NCBI GenBank assembly: GCA_963925805.1
Contig: CAWUSE010000022.1
Location: 40,740-104,739 of the forward strand
From: an uncultured Acidimicrobiales bacterium
GTDB taxonomy: Bacteria > Actinomycetota > Acidimicrobiia > Acidimicrobiales > UBA10347
Direction: 5' to 3'
DNA length: 64,000 nt
The position numbers and the translations under genes were made by a program. Positions within the stretch are counted from its first letter, which is position 1. Each line of letters starts with the position of its first letter. The notes under the pieces are model-generated. The model was not told the origin of the DNA. It was given only the letters and a program-made list of their open reading frames with translations, and ran no database searches. Shown here one piece after another: positions 48,020 through 57,565 of the stretch.

Positions 48020-49128
48020 TGTTCAACTTCGAAGTCCTGGCGACAGACGGCGTTGCCCGCACTGGGGTGATCACGACACCACGCGGCACTATTCAGACAC
48101 CGTGTTTCATGCCAGTCGGTACGCGGGCAGCTGTGCAGACGCTGACCAGTCATGACCTGGCGGACCTGGATGCCCAGATTATTTTGGGAAATACTTATCA
48201 TCTGATGTTGCGGCCTGGTGCTGACCTGGTCGAAGAGATGGGTGGGCTGCACGGGTTTATGAATTGGCCTGGCTTCGTTCTTACTGACAGCGGTGGCTAC
48301 CAAATTTTCAGTCTGGAGCCGAAGGTTGATGATGAGGGCGCCCTGTTCCGCTCGACCTATGACGGCAGTAAGCACAAACTCACGCCAGAGGGCGCCGTCG
48401 ACGTACAGATCAAGCTCGGGTCAGACATCCAGATGGTCCTGGACGTGTGCCCACCGTTACCGGCTCCTGATTCGGTGATCCTTGATGCGGTGGACCAGAC
48501 CCATCGTTGGGCAGTTCGAGCGCGCTCGACCTTCCTTGACCGATCCGAACTCGCCGATGGCATGCGCGCCCAGTTCGGCATCGTGCAGGGCGGATTGGAT
48601 CTGGACCTGCGGGTCAAGAGCGCGAATTTCCTCATGGACATTGGTTTCGAGGGCTACGGAATCGGGGGTCTTTCAGTGGGGGAAAAGCGCACCGAAATGC
48701 TGGCTCCCCTTCGGGCAACGACCGATGTTTTGCCCGTCGACCAGCCTCGCTACCTGATGGGCGTGGGTGACCCGCTCAGCATTGTCGAAGGCATCGCCAA
48801 TGGCGTCGACATGTTCGATTGTGTGCTGCCGACACGGCTGGCGAGACATGGAACCGTGCTGACAACCGACGGCCGCATCAACCTGAAGAATGCCCAGTAC
48901 GCACGTGACCCCGGCCCTGTTGACCCCAAGTTTTCCAAGAGTCCGCTTGCGCCCTGGTCTCGCGCGTACCTGCGCCACTTGCTGCAAGTAAAGGAGCAGG
49001 CGGCATCGCGATTGCTCACGCTACACAACATCGCGTTTCTGTTCGACCTCGTCGACCAAGCACGCGCAGCGATTGTCAACAACACCATGGATGAGCTAGT
49101 GGAACGCGTCGCCATCAACTGGTCATGA
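48019..49128 (+). CDS. tgt: tRNA-guanine transglycosylase (preQ1-type pocket)
   Basis: TPCFMPVGT, NTYHL, TDSGGYQ, GIVQGG, GGLSVGE, PRYLMGVG, DMFDCVLPTR. Confidence 0.97.
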   Translation: MFNFEVLATDGVARTGVITTPRGTIQTPCFMPVGTRAAVQTLTSHDLADLDAQIILGNTYHLMLRPGADLVEEMGGLHGFMNWPGFVLTDSGGYQIFSLEPKVDDEGALFRSTYDGSKHKLTPEGAVDVQIKLGSDIQMVLDVCPPLPAPDSVILDAVDQTHRWAVRARSTFLDRSELADGMRAQFGIVQGGLDLDLRVKSANFLMDIGFEGYGIGGLSVGEKRTEMLAPLRATTDVLPVDQPRYLMGVGDPLSIVEGIANGVDMFDCVLPTRLARHGTVLTTDGRINLKNAQYARDPGPVDPKFSKSPLAPWSRAYLRHLLQVKEQAASRLLTLHNIAFLFDLVDQARAAIVNNTMDELVERVAINWS

Positions 49129-49250
49129 GTCGAGTAGCAGCCGGTAGGGCTTAAAGATCACAGCGCGGCGTCGAAGAAGTCTGCGGCACGACTAGCCTTT
49201 GAAGGTCGCCAAATGGTGACCGAGCCTCAGAAACCGTGGAGGGTTGGCTC

Positions 49251-49511
49251 ATGCAGTTCATTCCGCTTGTTGTAATTATGGTTGCCATGTGGGCGCTACT
49301 CATCGTGCCCCAGCAACGACGCACAAAGGCCCATCGTGCAATGCTGACAGCACTCGATGTTGGCGACGAAGTACTGACCTCAGCGGGGTTCTACGGGACC
49401 ATCGCAGAGTTTGACGGCGACACTGTGTTCTTGGCAGTGAATGATGCACTCGAAATCAAGATCACGAAGGCATCGATCTCCGAGCGCGTCCAGTACTCCG
49501 ACGCTGAGTAA
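49251..49511 (+). CDS. yajC: preprotein translocase subunit YajC
   Basis: N-terminal TM, PQQRR, LDVGDEVLTSAGFYGTI; GGAGG SD. Confidence 0.93.
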   Translation: MQFIPLVVIMVAMWALLIVPQQRRTKAHRAMLTALDVGDEVLTSAGFYGTIAEFDGDTVFLAVNDALEIKITKASISERVQYSDAE

Positions 49512-49517
49512 TTAACG

Positions 49518-51038
49518 ATGCTGAAGAATCCGATTGGAGCGCTGCTGGGCACCCTGGTAATAGGCATTGGTCTTCTCGTCTGGTCACTGGTCGTGGGGCA
49601 AGCGCCGCTGCTCGGTCTGGATCTACAAGGTGGCGTCGAGGTCGTGCTCGAACCTATTGACACGCCCGAGAATCTGGCACTGGCTACCGAAGACAATCTG
49701 AATACCGCCGTCGAGATTCTACGTAAGCGCGTCGACGCGATTGGTGTCGCTGAACCCGACATCACGACGCAGACCGGCGGGGACAACAACTTCATCATCG
49801 TGCAGCTACCTGGCATCGAGAATCAGGACGACGCCGTTGCTCTGGTTGGTGCGACCGCGCAGTTGCAGTTCCGGCCGGTGCTGCTTGATTTGGCTGATCG
49901 CGAAAGCGTTCGAGCCATCGCCGAGCGCGGCGACTTCGGCGACGAGATTACCAACGGTGGCCCTGATGTGACCGATGTGCTCAATGGTGTCACCAGCGAC
50001 CCAAGGGATACGCCTGCTAACCAGAGCGCAGTCTTCCTGACAGCGCCGCTTGAAGAAGGTGGCCCCGCGGGTGCGCCTATGCTGGTTGGTCCAACCGAGT
50101 TCACAGGTACCGCTTTGTCCGGCGCCGACGCACTGTTTCTCGGTGGCCAGTGGCAGGTCGAAGTAACGTTTAAGGATGGCCCCGAAGGTCTTGACCTGTT
50201 CAACGCGTCGGCCGCCAAGTGCTTTATCGAGAATCCCACGCTCTCCTGCCCGTTCGGGCGGCTCGCGTTTGTGCTCGATGGTGTGGTCGAATCGGCTCCC
50301 ACGATTCAGGCACCAGAGTTCACGAGCCGCAACGTACAAATCACTCGTAACAATGGCTTCCCCGAAGATGAGGCGCGCCAACAAGCGTTGATCTTGGACT
50401 TCGGTGCTTTGCCACTTGCGTTCGCCGACCCGGCCGATCCTGGTGCTGGCTTGGTACGCACGGTCTCGGCATCACTTGGGCGTGACTCGCTTGACGCTGG
50501 CCTGATCGCTGGTCTTGTCGGGCTGATCCTGGTGGCGCTGTATATGACTTGGTACTACCGCCTGCTTGGCCTCGCAGCCATGTTGAGCCTCAGCCTGTCG
50601 GCCTCGATGCTGTGGGTGGTGGTGTCGTATCTGAGTGTGAGCCGAGGACTGGCCTTGACCTTGGCGGGTGTGGTCGGCTTGATTGTGTCGATCGGCGTAT
50701 CGCTCGACTCCAACGTGATCTTCTTCGAGGATCTCAAGGACGTTCACCGCCGCGGTGATTCGATGTCGTTGGCGGTCGACAAAGCGTTCCCAGGAGCATT
50801 CAGCACGGTGTTCTGGGCCAATATGGCGACACTCATCGGTGCGGTTATTCTCTACCTGCTCACGGTCGGCAGCGTGAAAGGTTTCGCGCTCATGCTGGCT
50901 ATCGCCTCGGTACTTGACCTGGTGGCCACGTACTTCTTCATGGCACCGCTTGTCCGTCTACTCATGGACCGCTTCGGTGACAAACCACAGCTCTTTGGTG
51001 TCCGTACCGCCCGCATCGCAGAAGAGGTAACAGCATGA
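49518..51038 (+). CDS. secD: protein translocase subunit SecD
   Basis: LGLDLQGG, IIVQLPG, VSASLG, LTLAGVVGLIVSIGVSLDSNVIFFE, GSVKGFA. Confidence 0.96.
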   Translation: MLKNPIGALLGTLVIGIGLLVWSLVVGQAPLLGLDLQGGVEVVLEPIDTPENLALATEDNLNTAVEILRKRVDAIGVAEPDITTQTGGDNNFIIVQLPGIENQDDAVALVGATAQLQFRPVLLDLADRESVRAIAERGDFGDEITNGGPDVTDVLNGVTSDPRDTPANQSAVFLTAPLEEGGPAGAPMLVGPTEFTGTALSGADALFLGGQWQVEVTFKDGPEGLDLFNASAAKCFIENPTLSCPFGRLAFVLDGVVESAPTIQAPEFTSRNVQITRNNGFPEDEARQQALILDFGALPLAFADPADPGAGLVRTVSASLGRDSLDAGLIAGLVGLILVALYMTWYYRLLGLAAMLSLSLSASMLWVVVSYLSVSRGLALTLAGVVGLIVSIGVSLDSNVIFFEDLKDVHRRGDSMSLAVDKAFPGAFSTVFWANMATLIGAVILYLLTVGSVKGFALMLAIASVLDLVATYFFMAPLVRLLMDRFGDKPQLFGVRTARIAEEVTA

Positions 51039-52216
51039 GTGCTGTTGGCCGGTTACTTCGCAACGAGAACCGCATCGACTTCCCATCATTGTGGAAGCGG
51101 GCTTTGACCGCCTCAGCCGTCCTTTTCGTGGTCGCTGTCGGGGCGCTCGCGTTTTTGGGTTTGAACCTTGGGATCGAGTTCGAAGGCGGTGCCTCATGGG
51201 AGGTCCGCAGCGCCGAGGTCACGTCGGAGAAATTGCAGTCATCACTGGAACCTCTTGGGTTGGGGAATGCCCGTATCCAAAACGTCGGGAGAGAAACCTG
51301 GCGAGTGCGTGCCGAGACCGAGAGCGCAGCGGCGCTCGAAGAAGTCAAGATCGCGTTGGCTGACGCTGCCGGCATCGATCAGGCTGACGTGACCGCTAGC
51401 GCCGTTGGCGCTAGTTGGGGCGACGAGGTCACGGCTAAGGCGCGAAACGCTCTGGTCGTTTTCTTCATTGTGCTGTTCATCTACATATCGCTTCGCCTGG
51501 AATGGAAGATGGCAGTCGGCGCACTCGCTGCTGTTGCCCACGATATTTTGTTGACGGTGGGTGTCTACGCGCTGTTCCAGCTCGAAGTTACATCGGCCAC
51601 GGTGATTGCATTTCTCACGATCTTGGGTTACTCGTTGTACGACACGCTTGTGGTGTTCGACAAGATCCGCGAGAACGAACGTCGGGCCACGAGCGCGACC
51701 GCAATGACCTATACCGAGGTCACATCGTTCTCTCTTAACCAGGTATTGATGCGGTCGGTCAACACGACGGTCACGTCGGTGTTGCCGGTGCTAGCTGTGC
51801 TCGTGGTTGGTCGCTTCGTCCTTGGCGCTGTGACGCTGCAAGAGTTCGCTATTGCGTTGTTGGTAGGCCTCATCGTCGGTACGTACTCGTCACTATTCGT
51901 TGCAACACCGATCGTTGCCTGGTTGAAAGAGCGCGAGGCCACGAACGTTGAGCGCCAGATCGCCGCAACGAAACGCAAGCACGACGGCTTCGACATTGGT
52001 ACAGCGCTCGCCGATGCTGACCGGTCCCGCAAGGTCCGGTCGGGCGCTCGAGGCGAAGGTCATCGGGTTACCGGTGCTCCGAAGGGCGTTAGCAAGGGTC
52101 CTACGGTGACAGTGACGAAACGCCGCATCGAAAGCCCGGCAAAGTCCAAGTCGGAAGCCTCTGAACGGGAACCACAAGGTGAGGTCAAGCCACGGCCTCG
52201 AAAAAAGAAGCACTAA
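51035..52216 (+). CDS. secF: protein translocase subunit SecF
   Basis: LGIEFEGG, AHD, LTILGYSLYDTLVVFDKIREN, RSVNTT, GTYSSLFVA; basic C-terminal tail. Confidence 0.96.
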   Translation: MSAVGRLLRNENRIDFPSLWKRALTASAVLFVVAVGALAFLGLNLGIEFEGGASWEVRSAEVTSEKLQSSLEPLGLGNARIQNVGRETWRVRAETESAAALEEVKIALADAAGIDQADVTASAVGASWGDEVTAKARNALVVFFIVLFIYISLRLEWKMAVGALAAVAHDILLTVGVYALFQLEVTSATVIAFLTILGYSLYDTLVVFDKIRENERRATSATAMTYTEVTSFSLNQVLMRSVNTTVTSVLPVLAVLVVGRFVLGAVTLQEFAIALLVGLIVGTYSSLFVATPIVAWLKEREATNVERQIAATKRKHDGFDIGTALADADRSRKVRSGARGEGHRVTGAPKGVSKGPTVTVTKRRIESPAKSKSEASEREPQGEVKPRPRKKKH

Positions 52217-52293
52217 GCCGGCACAGATGAGGGCTACGCGTGCCCCAATCGATACTGGCGACTGTGCGTCGGCATTGGCGATAGTGTTTGCGG

Positions 52294-52824
52294 ATGGAAT
52301 GCGACGTCAGCTGGCTTCGAGAACTCGTCCGTCAAGTACCCGACTTTCCTGAGCCGGGCGTTCGGTTCGCCGACATCACACCGGTGTTGGCGAACGCCGA
52401 TGCGCTGCGATGTGCAGTGGAGTTACTCGCGGACGAGTTTGTCGGCAAGGACGTTGATCTGATCGCGGGTGTCGATGCACGGGGATTCATCTTGGGTGCG
52501 CCGGTTGCGTGTCGCCTCGGATGCGGTTTTATCCCTATACGCAAACCGTCCCGTTTGCCCTACAAAACTCACCGAGTTGACTACACGCTCGAGTATGGCT
52601 CCGGCTCGCTTGAGATCCACCAGGATGCCGCAGCGCCGGGCCAGCGAGTCGTCGTGATCGATGATGTATTGGCAACAGGTGGCACGGCGCTGGCATCGGC
52701 TGAGCTGATCGAGCGGACCGGTGCAACTGTGGCGTCATTTGGCTTCTTGGCATCGATCGACGGCCTCGATGGTGCCTCATTGATAGCGAATTATGAGTCG
52801 ATTGTCGCCCTTGGCGCACTGTGA
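52294..52824 (+). CDS. apt: adenine phosphoribosyltransferase
   Basis: PDFPEPGVRFADITP, DARGF, YTLEYG, VIDDVLATGGT; TAGTGT-N6-ATG start. Confidence 0.96.
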   Translation: MECDVSWLRELVRQVPDFPEPGVRFADITPVLANADALRCAVELLADEFVGKDVDLIAGVDARGFILGAPVACRLGCGFIPIRKPSRLPYKTHRVDYTLEYGSGSLEIHQDAAAPGQRVVVIDDVLATGGTALASAELIERTGATVASFGFLASIDGLDGASLIANYESIVALGAL

Positions 52825-52848
52825 ACGAATGAAGATTGGAGCAGACTG

Positions 52849-55062
52849 ATGGTCCTTGTCGAACGCGTTGAACCCTGGAACCGGGGCGTCGAATCGGTCG
52901 AGGCATCGCTTGCTGTCCTGACCTCGATTCATAAGCAGCATCATCCTGACGAAGATCCTGCGCCGATAATCCAAGCATTCAACTGGGCACACGATGCCCA
53001 CGATGGGCAGATGCGCAAGTCAGGTGAGCCGTACATTCAACACCCGATCGAGGTGGCCACCATCGTTGCCGAGCAGGGGCTCGATGCCGCTGCTATCGCT
53101 GCAGCGATCATGCATGACGCTGTGGAAGACACCGACGTAGGCCTCGGCGAAATCGAAGCGGCGTTCGGGGCTGACGTCGCTGCGATCATCGACGGTTGCA
53201 CTAAGGTCGACAGGCTCGAGTTCCATTCGAAAGAACAGCAACAGGCCGCCACAGTCCGCAAGTTGCTCGTCGCTGTCGCCAAAGACATCCGCGTGCTCAT
53301 CATCAAGCTGGCCGACCGCTTGCATAATATGCGCACCCTTGCGGTATTGCCTGAATGGAAGCAACAACGCACGGCCAGCGAAACGTTGCATGTGTTTGCG
53401 CCGCTTGCTCATCGACTGGGTATGGAAGAGCTGAAGACCCAACTCGAAGACTTGGCTTTCGCCGCATTGCATCCCAAGTGGTATGCCGAAATTGACCGGA
53501 TGGTCGCCCAGCGGGCCCCTGAGCGCGAATTGTACCTGACCCAGTTCATGGGCGATGTCGATGCCAGACTTGCCGAAGTCGGCATTTCGGCTGACGTATA
53601 CGGGCGCAGCAAGCACCTGTGGAGCATCTACGAGAAGATGGTTGTCAAAGGACGCGAGTTCGACGACATCTATGACCTGGTCGGCGTTCGAGTGATCTGC
53701 ACCTCAGTTCGCGACTGCTACGGCGCGATCGGTTCAATTCATGCCAACTGGCGGCCGGTTCAGGGGCGGTTCAAAGACTTCATAGCGATGCCTAAATTCA
53801 ACTTGTATCAGTCGTTGCATACGACCGTTGTTGGCCCGCAAGGCAAGAGGGTCGAGTTCCAGGTTCGTACCGTTGAGATGGATGGCCGGGCCGAACGCGG
53901 CATGGCCGCTCACTGGGCCTACAAAGACAATCTGCCCAGTGGTGACATGGTGTGGCTCAATCGGATTATCGGTTTGAGCGACGAGGTGTCTGACCCCAAC
54001 GAATTCATGGCGAACCTTCGAACCGACCTTGAACAAGAAGAGCTCGCCGTCTTCACTCCCAAGGGAGCGATCGTGACGCTGCCTGTGGGCGCTACTCCGG
54101 TCGACTTCGCCTACGCCATTCATACCGAGATCGGCGACGCCTGCGTTGGGGCTAGCGCGAATGGCGGCATGGTCGGCCTGGACCACCGGCTTTCAACGGG
54201 TGACGTCGTCGAGATCTTCACATCGAAACTTGGCACCGCAGCACCCAGCGAAGACTGGCTGCGTTTTGTCACTACCCCTCGTGCCCAGACCAACATTCGC
54301 AGGTGGCATACCCGAGAACGGTACGAAGACGAGATCGCTGGGGCCCGCGATGGTCTAGCTAATCAGCTGCGCAGTAGCGGTCTGCCCGTGCACGAAGTTA
54401 TGCGGTCATCGACGCTCACAGAGATCGCCGAAGAGATGGGGTACAACGACCCCGAGGCCCTCTACTTGGCAATTGCAAATGGCCATGTGAATCCGAGCGC
54501 GGTGGTGTCTCGTGCAAACACACGGTTGCGAGGCGATGCCGACACGGTCGAAGAGCGTGTCTCGACGACAGCGTTGACGCCTCGGCCAAGTAGTGGTGAT
54601 CGAACCTCGGTCGGTGTACATGTTGAAGGTTTCGACGATGTTCTGGTCCGGCTGGCCAAATGCTGTAAGCCAGTCCCGCCTGATGACATCACAGGCTTCG
54701 TAACTCGTGGCCGCGGCGTTGCCGTGCACCGCAGTGACTGCGTGAACGCCGTACCCCACGATGCTGGAGCGCAGGAACGTGTGGCCGATGCAGAGTGGGA
54801 CATCGACGGCGTGGGTTCATTTGTGGCCACGATCGAGGTGCGAGCGCTTGACCGAGTCCACCTACTGGTCGACGTCGCCCAAGCCATGTCGGCTCAGCGA
54901 GTCAACATCATCGGTGTGGTGACTCGAACGAGAGACGATCGAGTCGCCGTCATGCAGTTCGACTTCGAGCTCAGCGACGCCGCTCAGATCCGCACGATCT
55001 TGCAGATCGTTCGCGACATCGACGGCGTTTACGAAGCAGACCGGGTCCTGCCCGAGGGCTGA
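52849..55062 (+). CDS. rel: bifunctional (p)ppGpp synthetase/hydrolase (long RSH)
   Basis: RKSGEPYIQHP, HDAVED, KLADRLHNMRT, RFKD, YQSLHT, TGS (FTPKG...VDFAY), CCKPVP, ACT domain. Confidence 0.97.
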   Translation: MVLVERVEPWNRGVESVEASLAVLTSIHKQHHPDEDPAPIIQAFNWAHDAHDGQMRKSGEPYIQHPIEVATIVAEQGLDAAAIAAAIMHDAVEDTDVGLGEIEAAFGADVAAIIDGCTKVDRLEFHSKEQQQAATVRKLLVAVAKDIRVLIIKLADRLHNMRTLAVLPEWKQQRTASETLHVFAPLAHRLGMEELKTQLEDLAFAALHPKWYAEIDRMVAQRAPERELYLTQFMGDVDARLAEVGISADVYGRSKHLWSIYEKMVVKGREFDDIYDLVGVRVICTSVRDCYGAIGSIHANWRPVQGRFKDFIAMPKFNLYQSLHTTVVGPQGKRVEFQVRTVEMDGRAERGMAAHWAYKDNLPSGDMVWLNRIIGLSDEVSDPNEFMANLRTDLEQEELAVFTPKGAIVTLPVGATPVDFAYAIHTEIGDACVGASANGGMVGLDHRLSTGDVVEIFTSKLGTAAPSEDWLRFVTTPRAQTNIRRWHTRERYEDEIAGARDGLANQLRSSGLPVHEVMRSSTLTEIAEEMGYNDPEALYLAIANGHVNPSAVVSRANTRLRGDADTVEERVSTTALTPRPSSGDRTSVGVHVEGFDDVLVRLAKCCKPVPPDDITGFVTRGRGVAVHRSDCVNAVPHDAGAQERVADAEWDIDGVGSFVATIEVRALDRVHLLVDVAQAMSAQRVNIIGVVTRTRDDRVAVMQFDFELSDAAQIRTILQIVRDIDGVYEADRVLPEG

Positions 55063-56004
55063 GCGCTGTGTCTCACCACGATGTTCGACGTCGTACCTAG
55101 CAACGTTGACCTGTGCGCCGATCAGGATGCCGGATGTCATGACATAGAGCCAAAAGAGCAGACCAACTGAACCGCCAAGAATGCCGAGTACATCGCTACC
55201 GAACGAGGCAAATGAGCGAGCAGCCACCCAGGAGCCTCCAAGCCAGATCGCGACGGCGACGACAGCGCCGAGGATGTCATGACGCAGCGGTGTGCGCTGC
55301 GCCGGCGACCCGTGCAGCAACGACAGGGCAAAACCAACAAGGCCAACTGCGATGATTGGCCACATCAGGGTCGACACGGTATCGCTCCAAGGCTGGGGTA
55401 GCCCGAACCCGGTGCGCCCGATATTGACCATAATGAGTAGGCCAACTAATGCAGGCACGGTCAGCACCGCCGCTGCAACACCGGCGATTCGGGTTGTGAA
55501 AAAGTTGCGCTTCTGGTCGCGTCCGATGATGTGATCAAGGCCACCGATCAACGAGGTGAAGACGCGAGAGGATGCGTAAACGGAGCTCAGCAGGCCGATT
55601 GTTAGACCTCCAGCACTCGGACTGTCAAACAGTTCGTCGATTGACTCGACCGCTTGGTCGCCAATGCCAAGAATGTCTCGTACAGCGCTCGTCATGGCCT
55701 CCCTGGCATTGTCGGCGACGCTAAGACCGAAGAGGCTATCGATCCAGCCAAGAGCCGACGCCGAGACGAGTAGCAGAGGAGTGACGCTGAGGATGGCCCA
55801 GAAGCTGATTTCAGCTGCGATACCCATTACTCGGTTGCGTCTCACCAGTGTGATGGTCTTGACAGTGGTGTCAGCAAGCCAATTGTGCTTGACGCTGTCG
55901 GGGACCAGGGCCCATACTGAGCGAGCAAGCAACAAGAGCGGCGCAATAAGACCCCGCCGAACGCGTGTGATGACACTCATGTCGAGGCCATCACGTACGT
56001 CCAT
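54862..56004 (-). CDS. YihY/virulence factor BrkB family membrane protein (C-terminus runs antisense into rel)
   Basis: AAEISFWAILSVTP, YASSRVF, LLFWLYVMTSGILIGAQVN; TAACAT-N7-ATG at 56004. Confidence 0.85.
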   Translation of the reverse strand: MDVRDGLDMSVITRVRRGLIAPLLLLARSVWALVPDSVKHNWLADTTVKTITLVRRNRVMGIAAEISFWAILSVTPLLLVSASALGWIDSLFGLSVADNAREAMTSAVRDILGIGDQAVESIDELFDSPSAGGLTIGLLSSVYASSRVFTSLIGGLDHIIGRDQKRNFFTTRIAGVAAAVLTVPALVGLLIMVNIGRTGFGLPQPWSDTVSTLMWPIIAVGLVGFALSLLHGSPAQRTPLRHDILGAVVAVAIWLGGSWVAARSFASFGSDVLGILGGSVGLLFWLYVMTSGILIGAQVNVARYDVEHRGETQRSALGQDPVCFVNAVDVANDLQDRADLSGVAELEVELHDGDSIVSRSSHHTDDVDSLSRHGLGDVDQ

Positions 56005-56302
56005 CGTCTCGATGTTAGGACCGCAGTTGCGTTACCCAGTGATTCGCCTGGCGCGTGATCCCATCTCGTGCGGGATTCGGCGCGACTTCTACATGGATTC
56101 CGACACGGGAGATGCGGTGGAACCTCGGTATTCCTTCTCGATGATTTGTGCCGTTCAGAGGGAGATGCCACCTAATCGACACGGTTTTTGCACCGCTTTT
56201 TGTGTGGAATTAAGCTCGCACCGTGGACATGATTTGGTGCATAAATTATCGTCCGTAGAAACACCTGCTGATCGGTCGGCGGTACAGCTAGCCTTTTAGG
56301 CC

Positions 56303-57565
56303 GTGGCGAAGCCAACTTTTAAGACCCCAAAAGGCACCAGAGACATCCTCCCCGGAGAGGCAGATCGACAGCGCGCGCTCGTGAATACCTTTGGTGAGGC
56401 GGCTCGCCGTGCCGGCTTCGGCCACGTAATGACTCCGATGTTCGAAGACCTCGGCGTGTTCAAGCGCCTAGGCGAAGCGACAGACGTCGTGACGAAAGAG
56501 ATGTACGACTTCCACGACAAGAGCGGTAACCAACTTGCGCTGCGTCCAGAACTCACCGCGTCGGTTGTGCGAGCGTTCGTCCAACACCGGCCGTTGATCC
56601 CGTGGAAAGTTTGGTACGAGGGCCCGCAGTTTCGGTACGAACGTCCTCAGGCAGGCCGTTACCGCCAGTTCAGCCAGGTGGGTGTCGAAGCGCTTGGCAC
56701 TGACGACCCGGCAATCGATGCCGAAATTATCGCTCTGGCTTGGGACTTTTACAAAGACGTTGGTCTCCGCGAGGTCACGTTGATGCTCAATAGCTTGGGC
56801 GATGCGTCTTGTCGGCCGGGCTACCTCGAAGCACTAACGGCATATTTCAATCAAAATTTAAGCGACCTCTCTGAGCAGTCTCAGTACACGTTGCAGGTCA
56901 ACCCGCTGCGCGTTCTTGACTCGAAGCGCCCCGAAGACCAGTCGCTGATCGACGCGGCTCCGGTCATGGTGGACTTTCTGAGCACCGACACCGGCGAACA
57001 CCTGGCAGTTGTGCGTCGGCTGCTAGACCGCCTCGAAATCCCGTACGAAATTTCGCCGCGACTCGTGCGAGGGCTGGATTACTACACCCGCACAATCTTC
57101 GAATTCACATCAACAGCGCTTCCCGGATCACAGAACGCGATCGGCGGCGGAGGTCGCTACGACGGTCTGGCAGCAGACCTTGGTGGCCCGGCGACTCCCG
57201 GTATTGGTTTCGCACTCGGCGTTGACCGAATCCTGATCGCATGTGACGAGGAAGGGGTGTTCGGTGCACCGAACTCGCTGGTTGATGTTTTCATCATCGA
57301 TGCCACTGGTGGCGACGAGGCCACGGTGCTCGGTAGCCAGCTACAGGCGGCTGGTATTGCCACTGATCGGTCTTATGATGCCCGGTCGATGCGAGCCCAG
57401 TTCAAGGTCGCAGACAAGAGCGGTGCGTCCATCGCAATAGTGATCGGCGACGATGAACTCGCAGCTGGCACTGCGCAAATTCGCACCCTGCAAGGGGAAC
57501 AACGTGAGCAAACCGCTGTCGCTCGCACCACACTTATCGAAGAACTCAAGAAGAGGTTGATATGA
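56303..57565 (+). CDS. hisS: histidine--tRNA ligase
   Basis: PKGTRD, LRPELTA, FRYERPQAGRYRQF, LVRGLDYY, GGGRYDGL. Confidence 0.98.
   Translation: MAKPTFKTPKGTRDILPGEADRQRALVNTFGEAARRAGFGHVMTPMFEDLGVFKRLGEATDVVTKEMYDFHDKSGNQLALRPELTASVVRAFVQHRPLIPWKVWYEGPQFRYERPQAGRYRQFSQVGVEALGTDDPAIDAEIIALAWDFYKDVGLREVTLMLNSLGDASCRPGYLEALTAYFNQNLSDLSEQSQYTLQVNPLRVLDSKRPEDQSLIDAAPVMVDFLSTDTGEHLAVVRRLLDRLEIPYEISPRLVRGLDYYTRTIFEFTSTALPGSQNAIGGGGRYDGLAADLGGPATPGIGFALGVDRILIACDEEGVFGAPNSLVDVFIIDATGGDEATVLGSQLQAAGIATDRSYDARSMRAQFKVADKSGASIAIVIGDDELAAGTAQIRTLQGEQREQTAVARTTLIEELKKRLI

Noticed and set aside
51950-52216. Long basic SecF C-terminal tail as a novelty
   Set aside because: Low-complexity basic tails ending in PRPRKK-like sequence are common in actinobacterial SecF.
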